In this document: one piece after another, positions 12,287 through 25,820 of the stretch
Layout: each line of letters starts with the position of its first letter
Position numbering within the stretch: position 1 is the stretch's first letter
Assembly: GCA_951406725.2 (NCBI GenBank)
Contig: OX597816.1
Coordinates: 3,534,001-3,598,000, forward strand
Direction of reading: 5' to 3'
Length of the DNA: 64,000 bases
Source: Octopus vulgaris
Taxonomy: Eukaryota
The notes under the pieces: generated by a model
Told to the model about the DNA's origin: nothing
Database searches by the model: none
What the model saw: only the letters and a program-made list of their open reading frames with translations
Program-made: the position numbers and the translations under genes

Positions 12287-12861
12287 GAGTGAGAGAGCAG
12301 TTCATGCCATCAAAGTGACACTGGGGTAAAATATACGAAGCCCAATATACCCATCATGACTACCCGTCTGATAAAGGTACTCCAGGCACATGCATCACAA
12401 CCATATGTGCGCAACATGGTGATCTCATATCAAGATAAACAGCACATGACCTTGCAGGTGGGGCCCAGTTAGAATTTTCTTCAGGTTGAGTAGCCCATCC
12501 CGCTCAAACGGTCCCTGAATAAGGGTTGTTTAAGGATGTTGAAAAAACCACCCATGTTTCCAGAGGTGAATTATTCAAACCCTAAAGAATCCCTCTCAAC
12601 ACATGGCTATGATGCTCCCCCACTACTTCTGCTCGTGATCAGAGATGCACATATCGTCAGCCACTAAGGGACATGCTCAACTGGTTAAGGTCAAGCAACT
12701 GACAAGCAAATCTGTGGCATTGAGCAGAATATTTGCTGTAGCCCATCTTTTATACCAAGACAAAACAATGTACATGATAACACTTCCAATCAGTTAAGAT
12801 CAAAAGCCATGAGAGCCTCTGCCTGGTACTGCATCAGGGCATTTAGGTACTGCATCAGGGC

Positions 12862-12866
<5 letters not shown>
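12287..12866 (-). mobile_element. About 580-bp interspersed retroelement embedded in (TTA)n
   Basis: (TTA)n on both sides; 21-bp terminal tandem duplication GGTACTGCATCAGGGCATTTA; no ORF. Confidence 0.55.
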
Positions 12867-12916
<50 letters not shown>

Positions 12917-12977
12917 AATAATAATAATCATATTAATAATAATAATAATAATAATAAGAAGAAGAATAAGAAGAAGA

Positions 12978-13380
12978 AGGCGAGCTGGCTGAAACGTTAG
13001 CACGCTGGGCGAAATGCTTAGCAGTATTTCGCCTGCCGCTACGTTCTGAGTTCAAATTCCGTCGAGGTCGACTTTGCCTTTCATCCTTTCGGGGTCGATG
13101 AATTAAGTACCAGTTACGCACTGGTGTCGATATTATCAGCTTAATCCGTTTGTCTGTCCTTGTTTGTCCCCTCTGTGTTTAGCCCCTTGTGGGCAGTAAA
13201 GAAATAGGTATTTCGTCCGTCTTCAGAACCTAAAGATGTTCTGACTTCAAATTCCACCAAGGTCGACTTTACCTTCCATTCTTTCGGAGTCAATAAATTA
13301 AGAAATTAGGTACCAGTTGCGTACCTAATCCACTGGCTCCCTCCCCCAAAATTTCGGGCCTGGGCCTAGAGTAGAAAAGA
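12978..13380 (+). mobile_element. SINE family B compound copy (tailed unit followed by headless unit)
   Basis: GGCGAGCTGGC...GAGTTCAAATTCC B-box; tail ...CCCCTTGTGGGCAGTAAAGAAATA then GGTATTTCGTC second unit. Confidence 0.85.
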
Positions 13381-13759
13381 TATGTTGATATCGGGACGCA
13401 CATGGCGGAGACGTAAACGCCTCCCTCCCAACCCTTTAGAAATTCTTTTTTTTTTACGGAATCCCACATTTTCAGCTTTGGAGATTCTGATTCTGAAAAA
13501 TAAAAAAAATTTTCAAAAATCGTAACTGCAAAACTTCAATCCTCCTCCCCACTATCCTTTCTTCCTTTTTCACTTTTTCCGGAAATTTCTTTTACAAAAA
13601 ACGTAGAAAAATACGGAGATTATGATTTTGTAAAAAAAAAAAATTTTTTTAAATTTCAATTTTTCAGAAAAGAAAAAATACCCCAAGCCCTCCCGATTCT
13701 ACGGCCGTGGCCTTCGACATGCTAGAAATAACAGTCAAATCTCACAAATAATTTTTTTT

Positions 13760-14131
13760 TCTATTCTAGGTACAAAGCCCGAAACTTTTGGGGAACGGGC
13801 CAGTCGCTAGATCGACTCCAGTACGCAGCTGGTACTCAATTCATCGACCCCGAAAGGATGAAAGGCAAAGTCGATCTTGGCGGAATTTGAACTTAGAACG
13901 TAAAGACAGACGAAATACCTATTTCTTTACTACCCAGAGGACAAACAAGGATAGACGAACGGATTAATTCGATTACATCGACCCCAGTGCGTAATTGGTA
14001 TTCAATTTATTGACCCCGAAGGATGAAAGGCAAAGTCGACCTCGGCGGAATTTGAACTCAGGACGAAACGGCAGACGAAATATGGTTACGCGTTTCGCCC
14101 GGCGTGCTAACATTTCTGCCAGCTCGACGCC
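13760..14131 (-). mobile_element. SINE family B compound copy
   Basis: Reverse complement of the 12978-13380 architecture. Confidence 0.85.
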
Positions 14132-14483
14132 TTTTATCTGTTTTTTTCATATTTGAAACAATTATTGCCGTAAAGAAACCGCTTTAAGCCAAAACCGAAA
14201 CCGGTTAACAAATCTCTTCACACTGAAATCAGATTTTTTGAAAATAATTTCCTTATTGATTCCGGGAAAGAGTCTTTCCAAGCGATATTTCTAGCATACG
14301 CATTCTAATACGTATTTCGTATGGTGCTCGCAAAAAGCAGCGGGAGTTTAAACAATAACAAGCTTAATATTTCTTAATACGCTCTGCAATATTTGAACGT
14401 GAGTATGCTAACCACTGTTATCTGTCTCTTTGGATGGTGTGTGTTCATAGCACATGCAGTTCATTGTCGTAAGGGGTCTTCGA

Positions 14484-14915
14484 GATTTGTACCAGAATGA
14501 TGAATAGACACATCATTACATTTCTGCTAGCTTTCATGTAATCATGCTTTGCGAACCCACACGTTTATAGAAAACCATTAAAATATTTTGACCATATTTT
14601 ACGTTTCTTCAGTCAAAGCTATTCCAGATCAATGATTCTAAACTAGAGTATTGGCTTTCGTTAATAGAAATCAGTGAATTATTTGCTGATGGGCGCTGAT
14701 ATCTGCCAAACTGAGGTGTACAAAGAACGGCAAGAATCCATACAATATCTATTCCCATTTCCTTCTCACAGATTTGAACCTGAATATACTAATCGCTGGT
14801 GTATTTCGCAGAACACCTCTCTTTAAGCGATTTGTACCAGAATAGACACATCATTATATATATCTGCTAGCTTCCAGGTAATCATGTTTTGCGAATCCAC
14901 ACGTTTATAGAAAAC
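14484..14915. repeat. Diverged ~90-bp direct repeat (14484-14575 and 14829-14915)
   Basis: GATTTGTACCAGAAT...CCACACGTTTATAGAAAAC occurs twice. Confidence 0.8.
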
Positions 14916-15858
14916 TAGCAAAATCAATAAAATTACGACAGTTTCCCGCGTGATATCTATATTACGGAGCTGAAGGGATTAGGAACAAAGTGCAGCCCAG
15001 AATGATTTGAATTTAAATCATTGAGATGGAAGAATTATCTATTGTAAAGATTTTAGCGTAGCGCTTTACCATTTCTATGATTCTATTATTTTGTGGTTAA
15101 TAATTTCATTGCTAAGCACAGGCTACTGTTTTATTGCAAAACATTTCCATTAAAAAGGTTTTATTTTTAAATATTTGTTTCATTCTTCAGCTAAAAACCA
15201 ACTCTTGGCAATTATCCTGAGTTAAGAGTAAAATTTACATTGAAATGGCCGCTTATATGGTTCCCTCTAAACCAATCACATTGCCACGAAGATTATAAAA
15301 AGCATGATATACGATCGAAGTAAATCTTGGTTCAATGGCATGGTTTTTCTCATTGGGGAACCCTGTGAACTCATCTAAGCGTTTATCAATTATTCATTCT
15401 GTAATAGCTTAGAATATCTAATGCAGTTAGATACCAATCTATTTTAAGACTCCAGTAATTGATTTCATTTCTTTGGCTATTATTCCAGTTGATAGTTCCA
15501 CTTTTGTGCTAAGAATTACTCAAGAGAATTGCAGGGTTTAAGAGCAAAACTCGATGGAAAGAATGGTGGCCTCGGTTTCGAGTCTCGCTTAAAAAACCCG
15601 TTCACTTTGTTTACACCACAAAAGTTTTGAGAAAAGGCATAACAGCCTCATAATCCCGTTTCTATTCCCATAAATTTGAGGTTCTGTGGCGTTGCAAGGA
15701 TCCGTTATCACGACATCGGATTACTGTTTGTCGAACCGTTGAGTTAAAGAACGCTAAGGAACATTACATAAACAACAATGTAAAGACAAATACATTTTGC
15801 ATACATACACGCAAACATAGACACACGTATATATACAATTCATATACATACATATGTG

Positions 15859-15898
<40 letters not shown>

Positions 15899-16077
15899 GG
15901 GGAATAGAAAAAGGGGGAGAAGAGAGGGAGAGGGGAAGAGAGAGAGAGAGAGAGACAGAGAGAGGGGAAGAGAAAAAGGGGGAGAAGAGAGGGAGAGGGG
16001 AAGAGAGAGAGAGATAGTGACAGGCAGTTGTTTTAATAAACTATTGGAAGCATCTTGATTCTTAACGCCATCCATAG

Positions 16078-16149
<72 letters not shown>

Positions 16150-16152
<3 letters not shown>

Positions 16153-17131
16153 GGGCCAGGGCCCATGGACAACTTCCAGAGATCCCTGGCCTGGCAGTGC
16201 TACCGAGAAGCGCTACCCGTTCGGGATAAGCTCTACAGACACGGCTCGAGAAACACGGGGCCGACCTGCCCGAGATGCGGTCAGAGCGACGAAACCGTTC
16301 TGCACGCACTCGTGCAGTGTCCAAAAATTACCGACCTGTGGGCTTATGTCGAACAACTGCTGTCACGTGTGGGACGAGTCGGTTTATCAGCTGAGTCTAT
16401 CGTCAATATTGTCACGCCTCCTTCCTTCAAACGGGAAGGAAGAGCTATTTTCATCATACTTGTGGCTATAGCGAAAGAATGTATCTGGTGGACGCGTCTG
16501 AAAGGATTGGAGACAAACACTTTCCTCTCTGGTCAATCTCTCATCAACTTCTTCAAGTACCACTTAAAAAGGAAAGTGAGAGTAGAGAGGCAAGTTTTGT
16601 CTAGCGAATGTTTTAAAAAAAGATGGGTGAATGTAGCAAGGATGGCACGTATGAATGACGAAGCATAATCCTATGAACCCAGAAATTGAAAACAGAGGAT
16701 TACCCACTTGCAAACAAATGTGGTAACATATAACAATATTGACCAAGGTTACCGTGGTCTTTTTCGTAGGCTTTTCTTCCCACGGATAAACCTTACTTGC
16801 TTTCCCCTTTACACCATATATCATAACACTGTGATACACGATCCCTATTGATCGTTCCTTTTTTTTTCCTCTTCCCATTTTTTTTTCTTTTTCCATTTCT
16901 CTTTTCTTTTGTTCCTTTTCCTTTTCTTTTTTTTCTTTTTATTCTTTTTATTTTTCATTCTATTTATTTATTTTTTTTGTTCTTTTCTCCCCTTTTACGA
17001 TCCCTCTTGATCGAAAACCTACGCCACCCCTTTTTTTTCTTTTGTTTTTTGTTTTTTCATCCCCCAAAAGAAAAGCTCTACCTTCTAACTTGTCCCATCT
17101 GTGTGCAGCCCTGTGTGGCCAATAAAGAAAC
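16150..17131 (+). mobile_element. 5'-truncated Tx1/L1-clade LINE inserted in (TATC)n
   Basis: Open ORF2 C-terminus 16165-16668 (LAWQCYREALPVRDKL...CPRCGQSDETVLHALVQC), pyrimidine-rich 3' UTR, AATAAAGAAA end, (TATC)n on both sides. Confidence 0.88.
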
Positions 17132-17204
<73 letters not shown>

Positions 17205-17216
17205 CGTCTGTCTGTT

Positions 17217-17677
17217 TAACTAAACACTTTTAAACTTCGTATATTAGTAGAATGTGTTACATAAAACATCTTTTTCTCTTAGCTTTCTTGAGAAAACTCT
17301 GTAGTTTGTAAGCTATTTGTTGTTAAATTTTTTGCATTTCGGCAATTTCAACCAATCAATGACGTCTATTGAGGTGAATACAATTTCTGCTGTCACTTAT
17401 AAACCCACGTGGGTTTATTTACATTTCTGAAGAAAAAAGAAACCCTTCCCCCACCCCTAACCCTAACCCCACAATCTTTTATTCATACGAACGTAACTGA
17501 TATGAAATATGTCATAAATAACAGTGACAAACTAAATAGAGACCGCAGGATGTTATTGTTGACAAACAACAGCAGAAAAGATGTTTTATAAACACATTCT
17601 ACCAGTATACGAAGTTTAAAAGTGTTTAGTTACAAAGAAAATATTTTTTAAATCTGCCGGTCAAAGTGAAAAGATCC
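17217..17677. mobile_element. Second copy of the 9237-9550 MITE family (left TIR truncated) with internal CCCTAA repeats
   Basis: Same right terminus CTGCCGGTCAAAGTGAAAAGATCC and inverted sub-arms. Confidence 0.75.
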
Positions 17678-17851
17678 GAACAATAAGTGAGAGCGGACAA
17701 ATTTTAAGAATTTTAGATAAGTGAAGATATCTGTAACTGTGTAGGAGAAGAATATTTTGGTCGAGCCATATCAATTTTATTAGTGATGTAGGCGCTCCAG
17801 CCAGCTGAGGTTATTGTTGATCATTATTTCAAAGTCTCTGAAGGCGCAAAA

Positions 17852-18470
17852 CAGCAGAATCATTTGTGTGCTGGGTCAAATTCAGCAGAAGTCGACTTCC
17901 CCTTTAATCCTTTCGGGGTCGATAAAATAAGTACCAGTTGAACACTGGGGTCGATGTAATCAACTTATCCCTTCCCTACTGGCCTTGTGCTAAAAGTTGA
18001 AATCGTTATTTCTCTAAATGTTTGATATGGTCAGTTGCCATGCAAGAGTCTGTAGAGAGTAGAGAATATGGTTATTTATAACAGTGAGTGCTATTTCAGA
18101 CTCATGCTAATCTACTCGACGCGGTCATCCCCCCAGCTTTATTCATGCGGCCCTTACCTGCGCCCGTGCCTCCCTTTCAATCGCACCTCCTCCCTTATAG
18201 TTTGTGTCCGTCCCGATCAACCTTTCGGCCATCAACCACCAGTTACGCACTGGGGTCGATGTAATCGACTTAATTCGTTTGTCTGTTCTTGTTTGTCCTC
18301 TCTGTGTTTAGCTCCTTGTGTGTAGTAAAGAAATAGAAATAGGTATTTCGTCTGCCGCTACGTTCTGAGTTCAAATTCCGCTGAGGTCGACTTTGCCTTT
18401 CATTCTTTCGAGGTCGATTAAATAAGTACCAGTTTCGCACTGGTATAATCGACTTAATCCTTCTGTCCTT
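17852..18470 (+). mobile_element. SINE family B fragments (17852-18008; compound copy 18238-18470)
   Basis: GTCGACTTTGCCTTTCAT...GGTCGAT body; tail followed by GGTATTTCGTC. Confidence 0.7.
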
Positions 18471-18509
18471 CCATCCGGCCTCTCATGTGTCCCATCCTTT
18501 GCCTCTGAC

Positions 18510-18607
<98 letters not shown>

Positions 18608-18624
18608 AATAAAAAAATTTGTTA

Positions 18625-18938
18625 ATCCGTCGGTTACGACGTCGAGGGTTCCAGTTGATCCAATCGACGGAACAGCCTGCTCATGAAATTAACGTACAAG
18701 TGGCTGAGCACTCCACAGACATGCGTGCCCTTAACGTAGTTCCCAGGGAAATTCAACATAAAATGTAACAAAGGCAGCCCTTTGAATCACAGGTACGACT
18801 CATTTTTGCCAGCTGGGCGAACTGGAGCAGCTGTGGAATAAAGTGTCTTGCTCAAGGACATAACACGCTGCCGGGAATCGAACCGACGACCTTACAATCG
18901 TGAACCGAACACCGTAACTGTTAAGCTACGTGCCTTCA
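18625..18938 (-). mobile_element. SINE family C
   Basis: Reverse complement of 62038-62358. Confidence 0.85.
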
Positions 18939-19484
18939 CGACACATGGAAACACACAGACTCTCTCTAACACTCGCTCTCACTCACACACACACACACAC
19001 ACACACACACATAAATACACACACTGACACGTGCAAACATTTGAAAATATAGACGAATAAAACGCAGGCCTTGATGTCAGATCCAGTTGACCAGCAAAAG
19101 TAAGACAGGCAAAAACTAAGGCAGCCGTACATACATGCGCGCGCGCCTGTGTGTGTAAATATTAAGATATAAACTAATAAATAAATAAATAAATAAAACA
19201 TAAAATACAAGGCTTGAAATTTTTGGGGAGGGGCCAATCGATTAGAGCGATCCCCAGTACGCAACTGGTACTTAATTTATCGACCCCGAAAGGATGAAAG
19301 GTAAAGTCGGCCTCGGCGGAATTTGAACACAGACCGAAAACAAATACAATATCAAATAAAGAACGACTTCCAGTTTTTAAGATGCTGGGAAAGTCCATGT
19401 ATAGGGAGAGTCCATTAAATGTATAGGAGTTAAAATACCTACATTAAATACAATTTTAAAGTTTATTTAAGGTAATATATTGTT

Positions 19485-19760
19485 TGTTCCTTCTCGAGCT
19501 ATGCCTGGATCATAAGGGCCGGTTTCCCGGTTTCCTTGGCGTATAGGTTCCCCACCTGGACGGGACGCCGGTCCGTCGCAGGTGAGCTGCAAGATGCAGG
19601 AGGAAAGACTGAGAGAAAGTTGTGGCGAAAGAATCAGCAGAAGTTTCACCATTACCTTCTGCTGGAGTATAAACACACACACATCACCCGGTCTGAGATT
19701 CGAACCCACGATCCCTAGATCGCGAGTCCGCTGCTCTAACCACTAGGCTATGTGCCTCCA
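19485..19760 (-). mobile_element. tRNA-derived SINE family D (V-domain-like segment)
   Basis: Minus strand: TAGCCTAGTGG A-box, GGTTCGAATC B-box, CCTGCGACGGACCGGCGTCCCGTCCAGG segment. Confidence 0.75.
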
Positions 19761-19861
19761 AGGGAACATAGAGGAAAGCTTTAAATTCAAAATCTGATTT
19801 TTGTTTATGCTGTGTAAATATTTCCCACCGCCAAATACTAATAATATTGGTTTTGAATTAA

Positions 19862-20850
19862 GGCGGCGAGCTGGGAGAAACGTTAACACGCCGAGCGAAT
19901 TGGTTCGCGGTATGTCTTCTGTCTTGAGTTCAAATTCCACCGAGGTCGAATTTGCTTTTCATCCTTTCGGGGTGGATAAATTAAGTACCAGTTGCATACT
20001 GGGGTCGATCTAATCGACTGCTCCTCTCCCGCCAAATTTTCAGGCCTTCTGCCTAGAGTAGAAAAGAATATAAATCCAAAATCTGTTTAAGAAAATCGAT
20101 ATTTTCTATGTTGTGTAAATATTTCCCACCGCCAAATACTAATAATATGGGTTTCAAATTTTTGCACAAGGTCAGTAATTTTGAGGGGAGGGGCTAAGAC
20201 TATTTCATCGCCATCAGTGTTTAACTGGTACTTACTTTATCGATCGCGAAAGGATGGAAAGCAAAGTCGACCTCGGCGCAATTTGAAGTCAGAACGTAAA
20301 GACGGACCGAATCTCGCTAAACATTTCGCCAAACGTACAAACGATTTGGAAAGCTCGCCGACCTTTGTGGAACTTAAACTGAAAATGTGAAGACGGACGA
20401 AACGACGCTGAGCCCAGCAGGTTATCGATTCTGCCAGGTCCCCACTTTAATTAATCGATTCTATTGGAAGAAGAAGGTCTCAAATTTGGGCGAAAGGATT
20501 AAGACGATTACATCGGCCCCAGTGCGTAACTGGTACTTAATTTATCGATCGCGAAAGGATGAAAGGCAAAGTCGACTTCAGCGGAATTTGGACTCAGAAC
20601 GTAGAGCAGAAGAAATATCTATTTCTTTACTACCCACAAGGGGCCAAACACAGAGAGGACAAAGAAAGACAGACAAACGGACTAAGTCGATTATATCGAC
20701 CCCAGTGCGAAACTTGTACTTATTTAATCGACCCCGAAAGGATTAAAGGCAAAGTCGACCTCGGCGGAATTTGAACTCAGAACGTAGCGGCAGACGAAAT
20801 ACCACAAAGTATTTCGCCCGACGTGCTAACGTTTCTGCCAGCTCGCCGCC
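19862..20850. mobile_element. Cluster of SINE family B copies (19862-20068 +; 20150-20850 -, nested/compound)
   Basis: Repeated family B bodies. Confidence 0.8.
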
Positions 20851-21476
20851 CTTCCCGGTTGAAATAATATCATTGTCTTGTGTTCTTGCAATTTTGCGCT
20901 AAATCAAATGTTGCAATTATATTTTACCTTCATTTATTTCGAAAAGAGGAAAGAAATTAAGAGATTTCGACATAGCTATGATATATAATCGCTATTGAAA
21001 TACTCACGAAATATATTTATCTTTCCGATAAAGATTAACGCCACTATAACAAACCAGAATAACGAAGCACTAAAATTAAATTATTGTTGAAATAAAAAAC
21101 AGCACAAAACAAAACAATTATATCACGTTCAAAATCTATATTAAATTTCCTCGAAACATTTTATCTACTTGAAAATGTGTTTAAGCTAAACAATAACATA
21201 TCTGGATTTCATATTAAACGTATTTGTGGTGTAGGAAAATGACAGCTGGCAAACGAATACTCGAATTTAAAATTACGAAGTTTAATAAGATAATTACAGC
21301 GTATTTAAATTTTAAAATATACCATGATGATTTTATATATTATACTGATAGCTTATTTGATATTAAATAATCTTTATGAAGCGCGGGGTATAAGGAAACC
21401 ATCGAGACAGCTGCGTACGAACTATTAGACCAAGTGGTGGCTAGCATCCTGCTTTAATCGAAATTAAATCGTTAGC

Positions 21477-21874
21477 TCTCTTTTACTTGTTTCAGTCATT
21501 TGACTGCGGCCATGCTGGAGCACCGCCTTTAGTCGGGCAAATCGACCCCGGGACTTATTCTTTGTAAGCCCAGTACTTATTCTATCGGTGTCTTTGGCCG
21601 AACCGCTAAGTGACGGGGACGTAAACACACCAGCATCGGTTGTCAAGCAATGCTAGGAGGACAAACACAGACACACAAACACATACACACATATATATAT
21701 ATACATATATACGACAGGCTTCTTTCAGTTTCCGACTACCAAATCCACTCACAAGGCTTTGGTCGGCCTGGGGCTATAGAAGAAGACACTAGCCCAAGAT
21801 GCCACGCAGTGAGACTGAACCCGGAACCATGGGGTTGGTTAGCAAGCTACTTACCACACAGCCACTCCTGCGCC
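21477..21874 (-). mobile_element. SINE family A, full length
   Basis: Matches other copies. Confidence 0.9.
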
Positions 21875-22224
21875 TATTTAAGTTTGGATTATTTGTTCCT
21901 ATTTTACTCAGAAGAAGCCTCGTAGTCATTCGCTATTTTAAAAATGCTTTTATATCTTTGGAATTAAATCTTATGAATTGTATAAAAAAGGATCAATAAA
22001 ATATTTCGTGTATTGGAGAAGTATAACCAATTTATTGCTGGTAAATTCTAACAACAAAATCTTATAGGGACCGCCAGGGTTATATGAACCCTTAAGGGTC
22101 ATATGGATCCCCAAAGAAATCCCAGTTGAGAACCACTGGTCTAAAGACACGTGGTGTTCGCCGATGAAGGTCAAATATTCACTTCTGAATATTCCAGAAG
22201 GTTATTAAGAATAAGATGAGACGC

Positions 22225-22690
22225 AAGAGTAGCTGCGTGGTAAGAATCCTGCTGCCCGACCGCATGGTTTCGAGTTCTAACTGCATGTCATGTTGGGCAA
22301 ATGACTTCTGCTATAGCCTCGGGCCAACCAAAACTTGTCAGTGGATTTGGTAGATGGAAACTAAAAGAAGCCTTCGTATATATATATGCTACGGCACTCC
22401 GTCGGTTACGGCGACGAGGGTTCCAGTTGATCCGATCAACGGAACAGCCTGCTCGTGAAATTAACGTGCAAGTGGCTGAGCACTCCACAGACATGTGTAC
22501 CCTTAATGTAGATCTTGGGGAGATTCAGGGTGATACAGAGTGTGACAAGGCTGGCCCCTTTGAAATACAGGTGCAACAGAAACAGGGAGAGAAAGATGTG
22601 AAAGAGTACAGCAGGGTTCGCCACCTACCCCTACCGGAGCCACGTGGGGCTTTAGATGTTTTCGCTCAACAAACATTTAAAACACCTCCA
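22225..22690. mobile_element. SINE A head (+, 22225-22378) abutting a SINE C-related element (-, from 22392)
   Basis: Similarity to family A and C copies. Confidence 0.7.
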
Positions 22691-23091
22691 CCGTGTGTGT
22701 GTGTGTATGTATTGTATGGGTGCCAGTGTAGTTTGTGATTTACATTCAAAATTTTGTTATAAATTTGCAATTATAATTAGAAGAGTGAGTTAAATATTTA
22801 AATAATAAAAGAAAAAAGAAAATTTTTCATTGATTTTTATTTCATACTAGAAACATGAATACCGTGACTCTTTGTATACAGCACGGATATCATTAAAAAA
22901 AGTCGTTGTAGATAACAAGCTATACGATTTGAACTAATGTAGATCACATGCTACACCGGCACCCAGGGATGGATGTATATACCGAATTTGATGGCTTATA
23001 AAACGCACGAGTGTGTAGGACGCACCCTAGCTTAGGCTATACTTTTGTAAAATAAATTACCATTAAAATAATGTTTTAATTCCTCCACTTA

Positions 23092-23501
23092 CCTTTACTC
23101 TCTTTTACTCTTTTACTTGTTTCAGTCATTTGAGTGCGGCCATGCTGGAGCACCGCCTTTAGTCGAGCAAATCGACCCCGGGACTTATTCTTTGTAAGCC
23201 CAGTACTTATTCTATCGGTCTCTTTTTGCCGAACCGCTAAGTGACGGGGACGTAAACACACCAGCATCGGTTGTCAAGCAATGCTAGGAGAACAAACACA
23301 CACACAAACACACACACACATACATATATATATACATATATACGACAGTCTTCTTTCAGTTTCCGTCTACCAAATTCACTCACAAGGCATTGGTCGGCCC
23401 AGGGCTATAGCAGAAGACACTTGCCCAAGATGCCACGCAGTGAGACTGAACCCGGAACCATATGGTTGATTAGCAAGCTACTTACCACACAGCCACTCCT
23501 G
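23092..23501 (-). mobile_element. SINE family A, full length
   Basis: Matches other copies. Confidence 0.9.
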
Positions 23502-23726
23502 TATAACTTTATGTTATTACAGGTAATTATAAGCAATTTATGGCACCCACAGTCGATATAAACATACCGTAGGCAATTGTTCACCAATAGATGGCAGCAC
23601 ACGTTTTGTAAACATACATACCATTTTGAGCGAGTTTTGAGCCTGTATTGAGTGCATTGGACGCAGGGGGATTTTTAAAGCCATTTTGAGGTAAAAAAAG
23701 GAGCGTCTTATGAGCCATCAAATACA

Positions 23727-23767
<41 letters not shown>

Positions 23768-24021
23768 CTGTGTGTCCCATCTTTACTTGACAACCGGTGG
23801 TGGTGTGTTTACGTCCCTGGAATAGCTTGAGTGAATATATTAATGTTTGTGCTTGGTTATGAGAGAAACAGTTTGCGCATGCGTGAAAGTGTTTAAAGAT
23901 GGCTGTGAGTTACTCTGTCGTCAGTGGTTCTGTTTCCTTTCACGTAGAGCAAACAACCCTTTTTGTTTCATTGTTCTAACACACCTTTCAACATAACTCC
24001 CTGTATACCTAGCCCATTATT

Positions 24022-24072
<51 letters not shown>

Positions 24073-24247
24073 CTTATTATTTCGCAGACCCTCCCCCACT
24101 CTCCAATATTACCCCCACCCGACACACCACTTCGTTGATATTTTACTGTAGAATCCCCTCTCTGAACTCAACCAACTTTGTTTTGATATCTTTGGTCAAT
24201 AACGACATTGATTTGAGGCCAATTTAAAAGAACCGGATGGCACTAAT

Positions 24248-24305
<58 letters not shown>

Positions 24306-24781
24306 CGTGTAACGAATAACCGGGGGATTGTATCTGCGAGAGAAACCAGCCGAAAATGACGCCAGTAGGCGATGCTCTAAGAACCGCCGATTGTTTTCAG
24401 TATAAATATTGACGTTTGTCGTTATTTATGTTGTACGTTGGACTGAGTCGTTGATGTAAACAGATGGGAACAGTAAAAACAGCGCTTCTGGGAGAACGTG
24501 ATTCGGACCAAACACAGAGACAGAACTGGACAGTTTCTCCTCTTCACCATCGCATATCACACATGTTTGGCTGCGCCTATAGCCACCCACCCACCTACCT
24601 ACCTATCTGCCTCTCTTACTTTCCCTCTCTTTCGCTCATTTTCTCTCTCTCTCTCTCTCTCTCGAGGTATGCGTGCATGCATACACGTGTGCATAATACC
24701 CATAAACACCCCCCACACACATGCACGCACCTGCTTCCCTCATCTCTCTTAGTGTTTTGTTTTCTGTACATTGCAACCACA

Positions 24782-24784
24782 TAT

Positions 24785-24848
<64 letters not shown>

Positions 24849-24853
24849 GTCAG

Positions 24854-24908
<55 letters not shown>

Positions 24909-24915
24909 CTGTCAG

Positions 24916-24960
<45 letters not shown>

Positions 24961-24965
24961 GTCAG

Positions 24966-25021
<56 letters not shown>

Positions 25022-25086
25022 CGTCAGTCTATCTGTCTGTCTGTCTGTCTCTCTGTTTATCTATCTATCTGTCTGTCTGTCTGTCT
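24782..25086. repeat. (TCTA)n with periodic TGTCAG interruptions
   Basis: Visible directly. Confidence 0.9.
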
Positions 25087-25137
25087 AAAAATTTATATGC
25101 ATAAATATAAGTACTACAAATATATTAGTACATAAAT

Positions 25138-25183
<46 letters not shown>

Positions 25184-25331
25184 ACATACTTACACACATA
25201 CGCACACATATTCACACACACAGATGGCGGGAATAGAACTTAGAACACAAACGGGTGGGATAAATATTGCGAGGCATCCGGTTTGACATTCTTACATTTC
25301 TGATTATCCATCGACATATGTATATGCATGC

Positions 25332-25377
<46 letters not shown>

Positions 25378-25774
25378 ACATACATGTAGGTGCTTATATA
25401 TATATTCATGTATATATACGGCGATATCTATCTATCTATATACATATACATATATATATAAATTCATATATATATATATATATATATATGTTCGACGTCT
25501 TTTTGGTGTCCTGTACTCATATATGCGTGTATATGTACATGTAGAGGTAGGTACGTACATATATGTTTATATATATGCATATGTTTTATTTATTAATATA
25601 TATATATATATGCGTGCGTGTGTATATATATATCTATATGTATATGTACACACACATACACACACACACCACATATGGGCGTTTATAAATACATATATCT
25701 ATTATGTATGTTTGTATATATGTATTCATCCCTGTACGTCATACATCCCTGTATGCATGATATAGACAGTCATC

Positions 25775-25820
<46 letters not shown>

